Assembly (NCBI GenBank): GCA_002269645.1
Contig: NIVC01004404.1
Coordinates: 1 to 47,015 of the forward strand
Direction of reading: 5' to 3'
Length of the DNA: 47,015 nt
Source: Macrostomum lignano
Lineage: Eukaryota
The notes beneath the pieces were generated by a model that searched no databases, was not told the DNA's origin, and saw only the letters and a program-made list of their open reading frames with translations. This document shows positions 42,739 through 47,015 of the stretch, in pieces (the stretch's first letter is position 1; the number at the start of each line of letters is the position of its first letter). Made by a program: the position numbers and the translations under genes.

Positions 42739-44089
42739 AGAGAGAGAGCAGACAGAAATCTATTAAAAAGCCTGTTTGAACACGCGCAAGGCAATAAAAA
42801 ATGATAATGATATCGTTGTCAAAAACTCGGCAGAATATTAGCTAAGTAAAGTTGAATCCCAGCGCGCCTATTACTAAGCCTGGTTTCTATGCGGGTACAT
42901 TGATCCACAGAGTTGGCTGCAGAGAGTTTCAATTTCAACAAAGGACACATAAAGTAATTAGCGCTACTGATGATTGACCTCGCGTTCAGGACTGCTTTGG
43001 ACATTTAATTAGAGGCATATAATACATAAAATTGGGCCTGTAATGCACATTATTCTCGAATTAAAATAGACCCAAATCAGACTACTGGCGAGTAGAAATA
43101 AAAGAAAAAATAGGATTAAATTCCGCTGCGAACAGCAACTGCCCGACTTGAATAAGTTTTTTGTGTTAAAATTCCAATTTGCTGCCAAAAAAAACGCTGT
43201 TTTGTAGACAGAGCAGGAGCCCCTTTGCCAGACATCGCCTTAAAGGAAGCTGATGATACAAGGAGAATAAAAAACATAAAAATAGCAAACACTTTTCTTT
43301 AAAAAATATATCATTCAGCAAGATACAGGGCGCTGCTTAAAATTGTTGTTAATACAATCCAATATTATGACTGAACAGGGCAATGGCTGATCAAGTATTG
43401 AATCCGCATCAATAAGTATTTATGCATATAATTTAGCAGGTAACATTGTTCAGCTCGAGCAAAACACAAATCTACGGGCGCAGTCAACAAAACAAACAGA
43501 ATATTTGAAGAGAAAAAACACGCTAGCGCACACATTGAGAGTTTACTCTGAGTTCAGTCTGAGCACGATGCACGCCAAGTATATATATATATGCATGCTA
43601 TGTGTGTGTATGCAAATGTATAAATATGTGTAATAAAAAAATAACAAATTGCACACTATATAGATTGCTATGACAGTATTATTATCATTGTAGAGTTATT
43701 GCACACGCACTAACAGCTGAGGCCAGTTAAAGCAATAATAAAATTGACAAAAAAGTTGTATAAACAGAAAATCAAGTTAAGAGTCAAGCTGCTTCCTATT
43801 GCACGCGCAGGGACAAATCCGTATGCACACAAGAACAAAGAGCAATAGAACCGCCGCAGACTGCGGCAGACATCAAAACTATTACTAAACCAAGACTAGT
43901 GCTCAAAGACTCTGCTAAAAAAGGATTTCAATCAGCGAATCAAAACGTCGGTCTGCTGGGATAAAAAGTGCTGCGGCCGCCGTATTGGTAAGAAATTATT
44001 TAAAATTTGGGGAGGGGAGATGATGCTATGTACACAGCTGTGAGGCACCTCGGACACCTCACAGCTCAGTGGGGGGAAGAGGCGGCTGA

Positions 44090-44140
44090 GACAGACAGAC
44101 AGGCAGGCAGACAGACAGACAGACGGACAGGCAGGCAGGC

Positions 44141-44177
<37 letters not shown>

Positions 44178-44277
44178 GGCAGACGGACAGGCAGGCAGAC
44201 AGACAGACACACACGCAGACAGACAGACAGACAGACAGACAGGCAGGCAGGCAGACAGACAGACAGACAGACAGACA

Positions 44278-44318
<41 letters not shown>

Positions 44319-44330
44319 ACAGACAGACCA
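44090..44330. repeat. (CAGA/CAGG)n microsatellite
   Basis: Direct reading. Confidence 0.95.
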
Positions 44331-44947
44331 GAGACAGGACCAAGTGCAAAGCAGCAGAGTACAAGAGTGAGCAATGCTAAAAGCAAGACAGACAGACAGC
44401 GGGGCTGAGATTTCAGTAGCATAACTGCGTCAGCAAGCAAATCAGTCTGCTGAAAAAATCTATTGCCGGCACGCGAACCAGTAGAAGAGTGCAATCGCGA
44501 GCGGAGAGCTCTAAAAAGGCTAAACATCCCCCAAAGCAACTGCGACTTTCCGGGAAGGAAGTGAAGATAAAATAAAGTCTAAGCAAACAGTTGTTAAAAA
44601 CGGGACAGTGAATAAAATTTAAAACACAAGAAGAAAAGATTAACGCGAGGCAGGAGACTCAGTTAAACAAAAAAACAAACACAAAAGGGAGTCGCCATTG
44701 ACTGTAAGCAGTCAATCAATAAAACAAGAATAAAATCCGACACTAAATATAGACAGATTTTACGTACAATAACAATAAGCTATTGACCCTATTCGCCTAG
44801 ATGCGCCAATTCCAAGGATTTGAAACAATTCTGATGGAAAAAGCGGGAAAACCAGATAGTCAGTAGACTTAACCCACTCTACTGGCCTCAAACATGTACA
44901 TGATCTCTGTCCCATGCTTTTCTCTATCTGTCCTTCCGCGGAGAAAC

Positions 44948-45060
44948 TCATGGTAAAGCCTCGGAAAACCCATGGTAAAGCCATGGAAAACCCACGGCTA
45001 AGCCATGGAAAACCCATGGTAAAGCCACGGAAAATCCATGGTAAAGCCACGGAAAACCGT
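44948..45060. repeat. Short ~21-bp tandem repeat containing CCATGG palindromes
   Basis: CCATGGTAAAGCCAYGGAAAA units, about 5 copies. Confidence 0.8.
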
Positions 45061-45789
45061 TGCCCCGGCGAACCCAGTGGAAAACCCAAAAAGCTTATTG
45101 CTACTGCCACACATCACGGAGTCAAGCAGCTTAAGTGACAGACGAAAAAAATATTACAAAAGATGATACAGCGCAGTATTTCGGCCGTCTATCTGGCAGT
45201 CCCACTGGAGCCGACAGCGCCAGGCGGAGATGGAGGCGACGGCCGGCAGAAGCGGTGCTGCAAGGCCTGGCCCGGCCGGATTCGCTGCCACGGATCGTAG
45301 GTGAGCGCCCGGCAAGAAAGTCGGCGAACACGTGATAGTCGGCGGTCCGTCCGTGCCCGGCTCGCCGCGCCGCCGACCGCCCGGGCCGCCGATGTCGGCG
45401 CGCGAGGATGTCGCGCAGAAGCTGCCGACTGCCTGGCGGCTGATAGGAGGGCCGCCTGGCGCCCAGGCCGTTCAGGCTGGCCGGCCGGGGCTGGTGTCCG
45501 GCTCCGTCCGGTAGGCGCTCGAAGAAGCGCTCGCTCTTTCGGCCCTGGTCCAGCAGCGAGGACGGGGGCAGGCCTGCGGGAGCGAGTGCAGTTAAATTTG
45601 TTGAAACTGCATATTAGCGACACGGTGCACAATTTGTCAGTCGGTCGGGTGACTCAAGATTTCTATTGAGCTGCGTACTAACCTCTACCAACTGTGCTTA
45701 ACTTGCAATACTCTTCTTATATCCAAAGCTGAGTGGACCGATAGCAGCCGGGTTCAACGCGTATATCCTCATAGACGGCCGCCAAGCAT

Positions 45790-47015
45790 TTATCAACACT
45801 ACTGACAGTAGCATAGCTAGCAAGCTCACCCAGAGTCACTGTCAACTATTTACCAACACTACTGACAGTAGCATACTTAGCAAGCTCACCCAGAGTCTCT
45901 GTCAACTATTTACCAACACTACTGACAGTAGCATAGCTAGCAAGCTCACCCAGAGTCCCTGTCAACTATTTACAACACTACTGACAGTAGCATAGCTAGC
46001 AAGCTCACCCAGAGTCTCTGTCAACTATTTACCAACACTACTGACAGTAGCATAGCTAGCAAGCTCACCCAGAGTCTCTGTCAACTATTTACCAACACTA
46101 CTGACAGTAGCATAGCTAGCAAGCTCACCAGAGTCTGTCAACTATTTACCAACACTACTGACAGTAGCATACTTAGCAAGCTCACCAGAGTCTCTGTCAA
46201 CTATTTACCAACACTACTGACAGTAGCATAGCTAGCAAGCTCACCCAGAGTCTCTGTCAACTATTTACCAACACTACTGACAGTAGCATAGCTAGCAAGC
46301 TCACCCAGAGTCTCTGTCAACTATTTACCAACACTACTGACAGTAGCATAGCTAGCAAGCTCACCCAGAGTCTCTGTCAACTATTTACCAACACTACTGA
46401 CAGTAGCATAGCTAGCAAGCTCACCCAGAATCTCTGTCAACTATTTACCAACACTACTGACAGTAGCATAGCTAGCAAGCTCACCCAGAGTCACTGTCAA
46501 CTATTTACCAACACTACTGACAGTAGCATAGCTTAGCAAGCTCACCCAGAGTCACTGTCAACTATTTACCAACACTACTGACAGTAGCATAGCTAGCAAG
46601 CTCACCCAGAGTCACTGTCAACTATTTACCAACACTACTGACAGTAGCATAGCTAGCAAGCTCACCCAGAGTCTCTGTCAACTATTTACCAACACTACTG
46701 ACAGTAGCATAGCTAGCAAGCTCACCCAGAATCTCTGTCAACTATTTACCAACACTACTGACAGTAGCATAGCTAGCAAGCTCACCCAGAGTCCTGTCAA
46801 CTATTTACCAACACTACTGACAGTAGCATAGCTAGCAAGCTCACCCAGAGTCACTGTCAACTATTTACCAACACTACTGACAGTAGCATAGCTAGCAAGC
46901 TCACCAGAGTCTCTGTCAACTATTTACCAACACTACTGACAGTAGCATAGCTAGCAAGCTCACCCAGAATCTCTGTCAACTATTATACCAAACACTACTG
47001 ACAGTAGCATAGCTA
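45790..47015. repeat. 60-bp tandem repeat, about 20 copies, running off the window end
   Basis: Unit CAACTATTTACCAACACTACTGACAGTAGCATAGCTAGCAAGCTCACCCAGAGTCTCTGT. Confidence 0.97.

Noticed and set aside
41765-43225. Possible TIR element (CAGGGCTCC..GGAGCCCC) around the G-rich VNTR
   Set aside because: The inverted match is short and imperfect, and no TSD was found
45790-47015. CRISPR-like appearance of the 60-bp, 37-bp and 28-bp arrays
   Set aside because: Units are contiguous with no unique spacers, there are no cas genes, and the context is eukaryotic

Overview
Animal nuclear DNA: spliceosomal GT-AG introns, TTAGGG-type repeats, AT-rich intergenic DNA and GC-rich Ala/Gln-rich exons. It looks invertebrate; a flatworm such as Macrostomum is plausible but cannot be shown from sequence alone. 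Host genes on the + strand are two internal exons of an ACE/peptidase M2 gene carrying two frameshifts (6.2-6.9 kb) and two exons of a Scratch-type (Snail superfamily) C2H2 gene (39.0-40.5 kb). Most of the rest is transposable elements and tandem repeats. There are three full-length, young ~4.6-kb Ty3/Gypsy (Mag-like) LTR retrotransposons, each with near-identical LTRs and a 5-bp TSD, and two of them share a non-canonical VHDD RT motif. A ~2.6-kb duplicated segment has two copies that received different insertions (a 3.6-kb Helitron-like element and a Gypsy element), so each copy shows the empty site of the other. The window also holds an 801-bp TG..CA element with a 5-bp TSD and subterminal histone-type stem-loops, two non-autonomous TIR elements, a SINE, LINE remnants and about ten mini/microsatellites. 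No CRISPR, rRNA or intact tRNA gene was found. All coordinates and alignments were made by eye.
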